DNA of 64,000 nt from an uncultured Gammaproteobacteria bacterium (GCA_964452165.1 CAYVKP010000004.1:5333-69332), one strand, 5' to 3'. Counted from the first letter of the stretch, positions 9,401 to 19,034 are shown. Notes: generated from the sequence alone by a model not told the origin. Made by a program: numbers and translations.

Positions 9401-10549
9401 ATGGTAAGGTTTAAAAAATCAAAAAATCTAAATCCTGTTCTGGGGTGTGTTTTGCTTTTGTTTGTTCTTGTACTCTTGTTCCTATTTCCAAAATTAAAGA
9501 GTGGATTTGTACACTCACCAAGCAGGAATGTTTCAGCTGAATACTCCAACCATAAATTCGCATACACTAAAAGCGGTAAAGTATTTATCTATGATCCGGC
9601 AACTTCCCAAAACACACTAGCGTTTAACAACATCTCCAATGCTTTAGATGTTCAATGGTCTCCTGATGGAAAACTTTTGACCGTAGCAAATGATGCGGTG
9701 TATTTTTACGATCCGCTTTCAAAAACCCAAAAAAGAATTCTTGATAATTTTAAAGGAACTTTATGGGGATGGAAGTCTTCGAAGGAATTTATAACTTTAC
9801 GTGAATTCAATAACAAAGGAGAAATACATGTAATAGGAACAGGTGATGGTCCTCCCGATATGAGTAAAGATAAATACACTGTTGTTTCTTTAGACGGAAA
9901 AACACAGGAGATATCGCTTCAGCAAGAAATTGGTATTGCCCAAAATAAAACAATATTCCCTGATGTACATCACTCATTTAAAGCTATAAAAACTCCCCTA
10001 CCTAGCAATCCAATTCATATCAATCTTTTGGATATAAAGCGCAATACCGAATACCACTTAGACGACACGGTTTCATATATAAAATTATCTCCAGATAACT
10101 CTAGCGTCATTACGCTTGATTCTAGTGGGATGGGTTCGGACGAAATCTGGAAGGTGTGTAAATTTGAAAATATTATTGGAGCAAACAATTGCGAAGAACT
10201 TCCCGCAAGACACCTTACTATCAGACCTAATTACAAATGGATAGACAACCATACCCTAGCGTTTATGAGCCAGGCAGAAAAAAAGGACGAATACACTTTT
10301 AATTCATATGACATACAAACCAAAACGCAAAAAGCCATTGGGAAGCCGTTACATACGGTTTTCCCCGACTCCATAGTTTTTGAAATTGCACCTGATGGAA
10401 AAAACATAGTGTATACCTACGTAGAAACTTATTCTCCCGATGGCCACGAACAGCAGTATTTTATAGCAAAAGTTTCAATTGCGGACGGTGAAGAAACTCT
10501 GCGTATCCCAAATGACCTGACAAGGGTTTCAGATGACTTACCACTTTAA
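9401..10549 (+). CDS. Secreted or anchored beta-propeller (TolB/PD40-like repeats) protein
   Basis: N-terminal TM or signal; repeated WSPDGKLL, LSPDNSSV, IAPDGKNIVYTY, YSPDGHEQ motifs. Confidence 0.5.
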   Translation: MVRFKKSKNLNPVLGCVLLLFVLVLLFLFPKLKSGFVHSPSRNVSAEYSNHKFAYTKSGKVFIYDPATSQNTLAFNNISNALDVQWSPDGKLLTVANDAVYFYDPLSKTQKRILDNFKGTLWGWKSSKEFITLREFNNKGEIHVIGTGDGPPDMSKDKYTVVSLDGKTQEISLQQEIGIAQNKTIFPDVHHSFKAIKTPLPSNPIHINLLDIKRNTEYHLDDTVSYIKLSPDNSSVITLDSSGMGSDEIWKVCKFENIIGANNCEELPARHLTIRPNYKWIDNHTLAFMSQAEKKDEYTFNSYDIQTKTQKAIGKPLHTVFPDSIVFEIAPDGKNIVYTYVETYSPDGHEQQYFIAKVSIADGEETLRIPNDLTRVSDDLPL

Positions 10550-10551
10550 AT

Positions 10552-11709
10552 ATGGAAGAAAATAATCAAAGACCATCGTTAGTTCAAAATCCTTCGATAG
10601 AACAATCTCCTCCTCCTTCTCCTCACACCGAAAAACCAAAACTTAAACTCCCGATTTTGATTGCGGGTGTGGTTGTGGTCTCTATTTTGAGTGTTTACTC
10701 GATAATGCTGCTAGGTAGTAAAAAAGCGGTTGCATGCCCCACTGATGCAAAAGTTTGTCCGGATGGAACTACGGTTGGAAGAATTGGCGCGCATTGCGAA
10801 TTCGGCAAGTGCCCAGTCCCATCAATTTCTCCAGTATCAGCTGATCCAACCGCCAACTGGAAAATCTATTCAAATACCTTGAGCAATTTTTCTCTAAAAT
10901 ACCCAAGGGATTGGGGAGTAGGATATGAATCGGAAGACCTTGTCATGTTACGAAGAGCCGGGGCGCCATTTGTAGAATCACCAATTCAGCTGTGGATTTA
11001 TAAAAATACGGAAGGGCTTGATTTGCTAACGTATCTCAAAACAAAAATATTTCCTGGCCCGCTACCCGTTACTTCCACCGCAGACAAACTTACAAATATC
11101 AAGGTCGGCAGTATGGATGCAGTAAGGGCAGATGGTATTGTGGGCGGAAAAGGTGGGTTTGGTCCCGGAACATTTTTTGGTAATAATAAGGTAGTCGTGG
11201 GAATAGTCCTTGAAGATGCTGCGGGAAATCCGGCAATATTAAACCAAATTATCTCAACCTTTAAATTCACAAATAATAATCAGTTTGGTCCAAGTCCTAC
11301 CGTCACTACAAACACAAAAATCTATTCAAGTCAGTATATGACATTTCGATATCCTCAGCCTTGGAATCCCACTCCTTCACAATCCCTTGGAGGAGCCACT
11401 GCGGAAGCATTAAATCTTGGTATTCCCGGAAACAATGGCGATAATTCGATTGGTTTTTATTCTCCGGATTATTCTACGATACAAATTAATGACGCCGTTT
11501 CCCAAAAACCTATAACTATTGGTGGGAGAAGCGGAATGAAGTATATTCGTAAATCTACACTAAGCAATTCACTGATATATTCGTATGACTATATGACAAC
11601 AGGATATCAAAACACGGGGTCTTTTTCCCTTCACGTAAGCGTCCCCGCTTTAGATACAACTCTTGAAACACAATTAGATAATCTGGTTGCTACAATCGTG
11701 TTTAAATGA
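10552..11709 (+). CDS. MEENNQ/ILSTFKFT family surface protein, paralog 1 (two modules; 4-Cys block)
   Basis: Start MEENNQ, Pro-rich segment, TM helix, the block ACPTDAKVCPDGTTVGRIGAHCEFGKCP, modules PTANWKIYSN..FSLKYPRDW ... QIISTFKFTNN and ...IYSSQYMTFRYPQPW.... Confidence 0.6.
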   Translation: MEENNQRPSLVQNPSIEQSPPPSPHTEKPKLKLPILIAGVVVVSILSVYSIMLLGSKKAVACPTDAKVCPDGTTVGRIGAHCEFGKCPVPSISPVSADPTANWKIYSNTLSNFSLKYPRDWGVGYESEDLVMLRRAGAPFVESPIQLWIYKNTEGLDLLTYLKTKIFPGPLPVTSTADKLTNIKVGSMDAVRADGIVGGKGGFGPGTFFGNNKVVVGIVLEDAAGNPAILNQIISTFKFTNNNQFGPSPTVTTNTKIYSSQYMTFRYPQPWNPTPSQSLGGATAEALNLGIPGNNGDNSIGFYSPDYSTIQINDAVSQKPITIGGRSGMKYIRKSTLSNSLIYSYDYMTTGYQNTGSFSLHVSVPALDTTLETQLDNLVATIVFK

Positions 11710-11712
11710 ACC

Positions 11713-12888
11713 ATGGAAGAAAATAATCAAAACCAAAGCCAGCCGAATCAAGTAACTCCTCCACCTGTTCAGCCGACGGTCGAACAGAATGCTCCTGTCC
11801 CTCCGCCTCTCTCAAAAAAACCAAAACTTAAACTCCTGATTTCAATAGCCGTGGTTTTATTTTTTCTATTTGCTATTGGTAGCGCGTTGGCAGCTTATTT
11901 TTTTGTGCCTCGATGTCCAAACCCTCCAACTCAAAAGGATATATTCGGAGATGTTAGATCCCAGAATTCCATTTGTATTACATGGGGAGATACTACTAAA
12001 ACTGCCAAGAGAAATGGAACCTCTCAAAATCTACGGCCTCAGGTCTCTCACACTCCAACTCCCGATTCCACCGCCAATTGGAAAACATATACAAACGGTC
12101 AGTACGGGTTTTCAATAAAATACCCTGAAACATGGGAGGAAAAACCGGGGCCGTATTTGGATGGGTTTTATGCCCCACCTTCATCCGAATGTCTTCCGCC
12201 TCACGCCTGTGGAGGATCAACTATGGGTTTTAATATCGACGTACGGGATAACCTTTATAAATCCATTCAAGAACACATAAACAAATTCCCCGATATGTAT
12301 AGCCTTACACATTTTGTACCATATAATTCATTCGGCAACAAAGGGTGGATGATAGATAGAAATGGCTTAGGAGCAGGCGCAAATCAGCAAATATTAATTC
12401 CAATTGAGACATCAATAATCAGTGTAACGTGCTCTCTTTGCGATGACAAATTAACTGACCAAATCCTTTCAACCTTCAAAATAATCAATAAAGTATCTAA
12501 TATACAACAGGGGGAAGGCTTTTCTTTCGTACTTCCCTACGGATTTTCTGTCCATCAAAAATCTCCATCTGAAACGTCCTTTATTGGTAAAGGCTATACC
12601 AATCCCACAATTTTTTTAAAAAACCAATCAACCCCATTTATCAAACCTGTGGTTTCCGCAACTCCTGAAAAAGCGGGAGAAATAAGTGGGGTTGAAAAAT
12701 CTACAATAACTGTTGGCGGTAAGAATATAGAAAAATATATCGTCAGCTGCAACGCAGCAGATTGCTATTATGCAAAGGTGTATTTCAATGTTAACGGAAG
12801 ATATTATGAATTTCAAATGGATATTGCTGGAGGAGGCCTTATATTACGACTCGATGACATTATTCACTCTTTGAAATTTACAAATTAA
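11713..12888 (+). CDS. MEENNQ/ILSTFKFT family surface protein, paralog 2
   Basis: MEENNQ, Pro-rich, TM; STANWKTYTNGQYGFSIKYPETW ... QILSTFKIINK ... C-terminal LKFTN. Confidence 0.6.
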   Translation: MEENNQNQSQPNQVTPPPVQPTVEQNAPVPPPLSKKPKLKLLISIAVVLFFLFAIGSALAAYFFVPRCPNPPTQKDIFGDVRSQNSICITWGDTTKTAKRNGTSQNLRPQVSHTPTPDSTANWKTYTNGQYGFSIKYPETWEEKPGPYLDGFYAPPSSECLPPHACGGSTMGFNIDVRDNLYKSIQEHINKFPDMYSLTHFVPYNSFGNKGWMIDRNGLGAGANQQILIPIETSIISVTCSLCDDKLTDQILSTFKIINKVSNIQQGEGFSFVLPYGFSVHQKSPSETSFIGKGYTNPTIFLKNQSTPFIKPVVSATPEKAGEISGVEKSTITVGGKNIEKYIVSCNAADCYYAKVYFNVNGRYYEFQMDIAGGGLILRLDDIIHSLKFTN

Positions 12889-12890
12889 TT

Positions 12891-14108
12891 ATGGAAGAAA
12901 ATAATCAAACACCACCGATTCAAAGTCTACCAGCCGAACAAAACGTTCCAACTGCTTCACCTATTCAAAACGAAATACCGAAATCAAAATTTAGCATTAA
13001 AAAAACTGTGACAATTGTTTTTCTTTTTTTCGTAGGTATTATAATTCTATATATAGGTTTTAATCTGGTTTATTCGGCTTTGGGACTCAGGGGAGATAAT
13101 TACATTCCGCAGCTTAAACCTCTACCTACACAAACGGTATCTCCCACACCGGTCGACCTAACCGCCAACTGGGAAACATACTCTAATTCAGATCTGGGTG
13201 TCACATTTAACTATCCTAAAGGTTATGATATAAAAACAAACAAAGTTGAAGACCCAAAGGATGGTAGCGATGTTTTTTATGCAGGGTTTTTAATACCTAA
13301 AGATAATGCAAGCGTAGTAATAACTAGGGCAAGCCCAAATTTTTTAAGAGAAGTTCCATATAGTAAAACCTCTATCTCAGAGGAAGAATTTTATAACCCC
13401 GCAAATAACTTTTGGTTAAAAGGTAATATAGACAATGGAGCCGAGGGCACAATGTATGAAATACCGCAAATAATAAATGCTGGGGAAAATAAGTTTATAG
13501 TTCAAGCACGTAAGCCAATTAGGCCTTATCAGGGAGTAAAAGGAAATGAATTATACTATAACTATTACCATTGGCTAAGTAGTTCTGATGTTATTACGAT
13601 TGTGCTTTCAACAACTTCAGACAATCCAAAAAACGATGCCGCAAATCAAACTTTTCAACAAATCCTCTCAACCTTCAAATTTACAGAACAAAACCAGGCA
13701 GGCGACACTTCAACCTGGAAAACATTTACCAATAGCTATGCTCATTATTCGTTAAAATACCCTGCAAAAATGAAGCAAAGCTCAAACCAACGCGTAGATT
13801 CTTTTATTGCCGGCTACCAAACAGTCAGAGGCTTAGCAGGAGGACCAAATATGAATATTACATACTGGACAATTGAACAAGCAGCTTCTTTAGCTCTTCC
13901 AATTACCATTCCAACGCCTGGACCAAACAGAATAAAAATTGACGGTGATGATACAAATATATCATTTAGTCAGCTAGCAGGTATAACAATTGGTCCCTTT
14001 AAAAAGGGTGATTTTTATTACCAAATTGACTACTTTGATGATGGTGGTTTTACCTCTGTACCAACTGAACTTGACCAAATCCTCCCAACATTCAAATTCA
14101 CGAATTGA
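12891..14108 (+). CDS. MEENNQ/ILSTFKFT family surface protein, paralog 3 (two modules)
   Basis: MEENNQ, TM; LTANWETYSNSDLGVTFNYPKGY ... QQILSTFKFTEQ; TSTWKTFTNSYAHYSLKYP ... QILPTFKFTN. Confidence 0.6.
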   Translation: MEENNQTPPIQSLPAEQNVPTASPIQNEIPKSKFSIKKTVTIVFLFFVGIIILYIGFNLVYSALGLRGDNYIPQLKPLPTQTVSPTPVDLTANWETYSNSDLGVTFNYPKGYDIKTNKVEDPKDGSDVFYAGFLIPKDNASVVITRASPNFLREVPYSKTSISEEEFYNPANNFWLKGNIDNGAEGTMYEIPQIINAGENKFIVQARKPIRPYQGVKGNELYYNYYHWLSSSDVITIVLSTTSDNPKNDAANQTFQQILSTFKFTEQNQAGDTSTWKTFTNSYAHYSLKYPAKMKQSSNQRVDSFIAGYQTVRGLAGGPNMNITYWTIEQAASLALPITIPTPGPNRIKIDGDDTNISFSQLAGITIGPFKKGDFYYQIDYFDDGGFTSVPTELDQILPTFKFTN

Positions 14109-14110
14109 CT

Positions 14111-14872
14111 ATGGAAGAAAATAATCAAACAAAAAAAATAACTTCACAGGCCGAAGATTTGCATATGGAAGGAAATGCAGCTATTCCTGAAAAACCTAAG
14201 TCAAAATTTAAGCTCTCAATTATTATTGGTACCGTTTTGTTTTTAATACTACTCGTTACGACTTATACAACTTATGCATTCATGAAGGCACAAAAACAAA
14301 CTGCTTGCGCCACTGATGCAAAGGTCTGTCCTGATGGAGCGACCGTTGGAAGAATCGGCGCACATTGCGAATTCGGTAAGTGCCCCGTTCCCTCAATCTC
14401 CCCGACTCCCGCCCCCGTAGAAAATATAGATAATTTATTCTCAGTAACTCTACCTGATGGTTGGACAAAAACAATAGATTATGATCCATATGCTGGAAAG
14501 GACCATAATGTTTATTTTTTATCTCCCGATTTTAAACAGGGTGGACAAGATCAATCAACTGGAACACAAATATCTGTTCACGTAAAGGTGGGAACACCGA
14601 ATGAAGATTTAAAAACTGAAGCGAATAAGCTAGCTACATTTGATCCAAAAGGCTGCACGAGTACAGTGAAAGAGATAACTATCGGAGGCGTGAGAGGATA
14701 CGAAGGCATATGCGATAGAGTTGCGGGTAGATTTAATCCAGACTATAGCAGATACTATTTTTTTAAAAATGGTCAATATGTTTGGTCCATAATGACCTTT
14801 GCATACAAAGCTAATTCGGTATATTTTAATCAAATAGATCAAATCCTCTCAACCTTTAAATTCACGAAGTAA
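14111..14872 (+). CDS. MEENNQ/ILSTFKFT family surface protein, paralog 4 (4-Cys block)
   Basis: The real start is probably the ATG at 14111 (MEENNQ); the track start at 14105 is TTG. TM helix, the block ACATDAKVCPDGATVGRIGAHCEFGKCP, C-terminal QILSTFKFTK. Confidence 0.6.
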   Translation: MEENNQTKKITSQAEDLHMEGNAAIPEKPKSKFKLSIIIGTVLFLILLVTTYTTYAFMKAQKQTACATDAKVCPDGATVGRIGAHCEFGKCPVPSISPTPAPVENIDNLFSVTLPDGWTKTIDYDPYAGKDHNVYFLSPDFKQGGQDQSTGTQISVHVKVGTPNEDLKTEANKLATFDPKGCTSTVKEITIGGVRGYEGICDRVAGRFNPDYSRYYFFKNGQYVWSIMTFAYKANSVYFNQIDQILSTFKFTK

Positions 14873-14873
14873 T

Positions 14874-15905
14874 ATGGAAGAAAATAATTTAAGTCAGCCG
14901 AACCCTGCACCATCTGCTCAAAATCCTCCGGGGCAGAAAGATACCAACGACACAACCAATAAGGTTCTGAGAAGTATACTAGCGATTTGTTGCTTCGCGC
15001 TCGGCTCGCTTCAGTTGGTTATTCCTGCAGTTTTGGCGCTGTTGGTTTTACCTCAATTAATCAAACTTTATCACAACCTAAATCTTAGTATGCCCCCTTC
15101 AGCTTATATAGGTTATGTAATTTGCGCGGTTATCTTTATAGCCGGAATTGTAAATATTTACCTTGGAATAAAAGTGCTTAAGGGCTCGAGATATACCATA
15201 CAAGCGATTATATTTTTAATTGTTTCCTTTTTCTTGATGGGAGCACTTTCTGCCGGAGTTGTCCTTTCAGTTATAAATCCTATTTATAAATTGGTTGGGA
15301 ACATAGATAATTCAAGTGAAAATACCGCTATCTCCTCCACTCCAACACCTGACCCAACCACCAATTGGAAAACGTACTCTAACTCCGAATATAATTTCAG
15401 CTTTAAATATCCACCCATGTACGACTTGAGAATGGAAGGTAAAGCGCCTTATATATACAAAGACAGAGTACTTACAGACGCTGGAGGGTTTGCGGGAGGA
15501 AGTGTTCTAAAAAAGGGGGTGGTAATATTATTTGACGGTTATACAAACAAGGATATTTCGGAAAATGCATTAAAATCTGAATTCGGAACAGAAATATTGA
15601 TACGATCTAAAAGCTTAGGAGGGGAAAATGGTACGCTTGTCTCGATCCCTTCAAATCAATATGAACAAAGATTATTCATTCCTTATGGGAACAATAAAAC
15701 ACTTGCAATAACTCTTTCCTTTGGATTTGAAACTCCCAATGAAGAAAGAAAACTTTATGCAAAAGAGTTTGAACAAATTCTCTCGACCTTCAAATTCACC
15801 GATTCGAACCTGTCTCCTTCCCCAACTTGCACTCCTCGCCCTGCGTGTCTTGATGCTACTCCACGCTGTATGATACCGGAACTTGAAAGTTACTGTAAGA
15901 AATAA
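14874..15905 (+). CDS. MEENNQ/ILSTFKFT family surface protein, paralog 5 (polytopic N-terminus, Cys-rich C-terminal tail)
   Basis: MEENNLSQ, about 4 TM helices, PTTNWKTYSNSEYNFSFKYPPMY ... QILSTFKFTD, plus the tail SPTCTPRPACLDATPRCMIPELESYCKK. Confidence 0.6.
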   Translation: MEENNLSQPNPAPSAQNPPGQKDTNDTTNKVLRSILAICCFALGSLQLVIPAVLALLVLPQLIKLYHNLNLSMPPSAYIGYVICAVIFIAGIVNIYLGIKVLKGSRYTIQAIIFLIVSFFLMGALSAGVVLSVINPIYKLVGNIDNSSENTAISSTPTPDPTTNWKTYSNSEYNFSFKYPPMYDLRMEGKAPYIYKDRVLTDAGGFAGGSVLKKGVVILFDGYTNKDISENALKSEFGTEILIRSKSLGGENGTLVSIPSNQYEQRLFIPYGNNKTLAITLSFGFETPNEERKLYAKEFEQILSTFKFTDSNLSPSPTCTPRPACLDATPRCMIPELESYCKK

Positions 15906-16090
15906 CTATTTCTTCTCAAAACCTGCCGGCATGCAGGTAATCCAAGCCTTGAATATATCTCTCAATATACTCTTTATTGTCTAACGTCGTACGAATGTTG
16001 GATTGATAATGTTATAACATTTGTTATAACTTATGTAATTATGATTCTTAAGACTACGCAGTATTTAATAAGTATGATAGATCATACTAT

Positions 16091-17860
16091 TCACTTGTGT
16101 TCGAAGTAATCGGTTAATATTTTCTTGGCGATTGGGCCTGCAATACTTGACCCTTCTCCCCCATTCTCAACGAGAACGGTGACTGCAATTTCCGGTTTAT
16201 CAAATGGCGCGAATACCGTAATCCAAGCATCTGGATTTTTGTCTCCACCAACTTCAGCGGTTCCGGTTTTACATGCAACTTTGACCCGCGTCATCTGTGC
16301 AGAATCAGACGAGTCTTTAAAATAATCTTTATTGTCGATTGGTAAGTTTGTATTTTTTACTTTAAAACCGAAAAACGGCCAAGCAACTCCACCGGAATCA
16401 CAAGCATCTTCCATCCCTTGGCGTACCAAATTCATATTGGGGCTTTTTATAAAATCCTTCTTCAAGACTTTTCTCTGCCCCTGTAAAAGATGCGGCTGAT
16501 AGACGGTGCCACCATTTGCAAAAACGTCGGTAAACATATTTACCTGTAAGGGCGTTGTAAGTAAATACCCTTGCCCAATTCCGTAGTTGTAAGTATCTCC
16601 CAAATACCATTGCTCGCCAATTGTTTTCATTTTCCACTCAACGGTCGGTACAGTCCCCGTAGCCTCTCCCGGAAGATCGATATTGAATTTAGAACCAAGA
16701 CCAAAAGTTCTGGCCCAGGAAGAAACGTTATCAACCCCAGTTGCCTCGGCGGTTTTGTAGAAGAAAATATCGTTTGAGCGTTTGATTGCACCGACTATAT
16801 TAAGACTTCCTTCAGTCCTTCCGTATTGCAGGAAATACCAGTTACCAAAAGAGAATGTTCCGACTTTAAGAATTCCGGTGTCTTCAATTTGCGTGTCCGG
16901 TTTTATTGCGCCGTGTTCTAGAGCTGCTGTTGCTGCAATCAGTTTGAATGTTGAACCAGGAGGATAGACACCCGAGATTGCTCTATCTAAGAGCGGGCGG
17001 CGGTCAGAATCTGTCAAAATACTTTCTACTGTTTTGTAATCACCCTCAAGGTCTTGCGAGTCTTTTGCGGACGTCACAAAAACGTTAGGGTCAAAAGTTG
17101 GTTGTGAATACATTGCAAGAATTGATCCGTCCCTGGGGTCTGATACAACGACTGCTCCGTTTTGATTTTTCTCAAACGCATGAGATGCGGAGAGTTGAAT
17201 ATCCAGATCAAGCGTTGTCCGAAGACTTTGGCCCGTTATTGGCTCCTGTTGCCCTAGCTCTCGCGTATACTGCCCTCTTGAATCTACCTCAAATAACTTT
17301 TTCCCATTATTTCCGTGCAAAAGTTTTTCGTATTGCCGCTCAAGTCCAATTTGACCCACGGAATCATTGATGGAGTAGTCAGAAAATTCCGGCATGTTGA
17401 CTTGATCCGGAGAGATCTGACCTACATATCCCAGAACGTGAGCGAATGCGCTTTTGTAAAGATAGGTCCTTTGGGTTGCACTCACTACATCTTTTCCTTG
17501 AGAGATGAGAGACAGAGCTTGTTTCTCATCAATTTTTTTCAAATGTCCGTGATCGCTGACTTGAAAAGTTGCGCTGTTTGCTACTAAGGGTCTGCCACGT
17601 CTATCGTAGACTATTCCGCGTGGCGCCTGTACCACTTCAGTCCTGGTCCTATTATTGTCAGAAAGTCCTTTGTAATAAGAACCACGCAAGATCTGTACAT
17701 AAAAAAGTCTGACAAAGATAATTGACAGTAGAAGAATCAAAATAAAAAGAGGTAGCAGGTAGGCCGATCCCTGTGGCAATGAATAACCGAAATTTCTACC
17801 CCTACCCTTTCTATTTGTTGCGGAGACTGAGTCAAAAAAAGCGGGTCCGATTTTTACCAT
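16091..17860 (-). CDS. mrdA: Penicillin-binding protein 2 (peptidoglycan D,D-transpeptidase)
   Basis: S-x-x-K motif (PPGSTFKLIAATAALEHG), S-x-N and KTG (CKTGTAE) motifs; N-terminal TM; follows mreC-mreD. Confidence 0.85.
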   Translation of the reverse strand: MVKIGPAFFDSVSATNRKGRGRNFGYSLPQGSAYLLPLFILILLLSIIFVRLFYVQILRGSYYKGLSDNNRTRTEVVQAPRGIVYDRRGRPLVANSATFQVSDHGHLKKIDEKQALSLISQGKDVVSATQRTYLYKSAFAHVLGYVGQISPDQVNMPEFSDYSINDSVGQIGLERQYEKLLHGNNGKKLFEVDSRGQYTRELGQQEPITGQSLRTTLDLDIQLSASHAFEKNQNGAVVVSDPRDGSILAMYSQPTFDPNVFVTSAKDSQDLEGDYKTVESILTDSDRRPLLDRAISGVYPPGSTFKLIAATAALEHGAIKPDTQIEDTGILKVGTFSFGNWYFLQYGRTEGSLNIVGAIKRSNDIFFYKTAEATGVDNVSSWARTFGLGSKFNIDLPGEATGTVPTVEWKMKTIGEQWYLGDTYNYGIGQGYLLTTPLQVNMFTDVFANGGTVYQPHLLQGQRKVLKKDFIKSPNMNLVRQGMEDACDSGGVAWPFFGFKVKNTNLPIDNKDYFKDSSDSAQMTRVKVACKTGTAEVGGDKNPDAWITVFAPFDKPEIAVTVLVENGGEGSSIAGPIAKKILTDYFEHK

Positions 17861-18261
17861 AAAGGCTTCTTAAAAACGTAAGAAAATATTCCAGTAGCAA
17901 CCGCAAAGACCAAAATATAGATTACTAAGTTATCGTTGTAGGAAAAAGCTCTTGCAAAAGCGTAAGAAGCAAAGAATAAAACTAAAATAATTGGCCCTAT
18001 GCTTTTAAAATTTACCATCTTCTTTATGAATTCGATTGCGGCAAATGATCCCAGAATCACAACCGGAGTGATTCCGATCGGTGACACCTTGAGAGCATCA
18101 AGCAAGAGCCCAGCAAAAAAACATGCTATCACAACCACACCTTGCGGATAAAGAATATATGCAAGTAAAGAAAGAGCGAAGACAAGCGGAAATGGCAAAA
18201 TTGTTGTTTCAAGTATTAAAGCACCTAAAATCAGCGCAAAAATTAAATTCCTGGTGTTCAT
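17854..18261 (-). CDS. mreD: Rod shape-determining protein MreD (small polytopic membrane protein)
   Basis: 135 aa, 4-5 TM helices, located between mreC and the PBP2 gene; the call is based on position and topology. Confidence 0.5.
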   Translation of the reverse strand: MNTRNLIFALILGALILETTILPFPLVFALSLLAYILYPQGVVVIACFFAGLLLDALKVSPIGITPVVILGSFAAIEFIKKMVNFKSIGPIILVLFFASYAFARAFSYNDNLVIYILVFAVATGIFSYVFKKPLW

Positions 18262-19034
18262 TTTGAAGAAAGGATAACGAAAACTGTTGCAAGGTGGGCA
18301 AATGGAATACTGCTTTCAACTTTTGCGGTTTGGAAAGCGAGAGCATCATTTCTGTTAACTTTTGAGATTTTTCCGATCAGCAAATCCGCTGGGACTCCAA
18401 GACCATGCTCGTCAATTTGTCCTGCGGTCTTAACCCCTTCTCCTTCAATAATTTTGTCTTTTATAGCCACGTGGTCAAAAAGAATAAAATCATCTTGACC
18501 GTGAACAATGCCGGACGCATTATTTTCAACACTCACCGCGACCGTTGAAAAACCTGGTCCCGTTAGTAACTCCACCCGTGAATAAGCACTCTTAACGGAA
18601 GTTATCTTTCCAACCAAATTATCTCCGAAGATCACGGCCATTCCTTTTTTCACTCCGTCTTTTTCTCCCAGAGCAACTATAAGATACGAGGGCGATGGAC
18701 CGCTCCCCTGCGAACCGACAACCCGACCGGGTAGCAAATTGTAGCCTTGGGTTTGTGACGTCTCAAACTGACTACGCAATGCATCGTTGTCTTTTTTCAA
18801 ATTTTCATAGTTCACAAGCTTTTTCAGAATCCTTGAGTTATCATTTTTAAGTTTTTTTATCTCAGGACTATCTCCTCCCATTTTAGTTTTTATATCGTAA
18901 AGTGCGGATTTAGGCGGAGAGAATACGTTCTGGACGAGCGAGGAGATACCTTTAACCGGGGGGAAAGTGTTGTTTAGAAGAATCAAAAGGGCAATGACAA
19001 AAAAAACTGCGAGTACTAGATATGATTTTCGCAT
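18258..19034 (-). CDS. mreC: Rod shape-determining protein MreC
   Basis: N-terminal TM, coiled-coil (LKKDNDALRSQFE), C-terminal Gly-rich beta domain (VVGSQGSGPSPSYLIVALGEKDGVKKGMAVIFGDNLVGKITSV). Confidence 0.7.
   Translation of the reverse strand: MRKSYLVLAVFFVIALLILLNNTFPPVKGISSLVQNVFSPPKSALYDIKTKMGGDSPEIKKLKNDNSRILKKLVNYENLKKDNDALRSQFETSQTQGYNLLPGRVVGSQGSGPSPSYLIVALGEKDGVKKGMAVIFGDNLVGKITSVKSAYSRVELLTGPGFSTVAVSVENNASGIVHGQDDFILFDHVAIKDKIIEGEGVKTAGQIDEHGLGVPADLLIGKISKVNRNDALAFQTAKVESSIPFAHLATVFVILSSK

Noticed and set aside
9034-9567. Minus-strand ORFs 9034..9330 and 9343..9567
   Set aside because: Antisense to the better-supported small + strand membrane-peptide frames and to the start of 9401..10549; no start signals.
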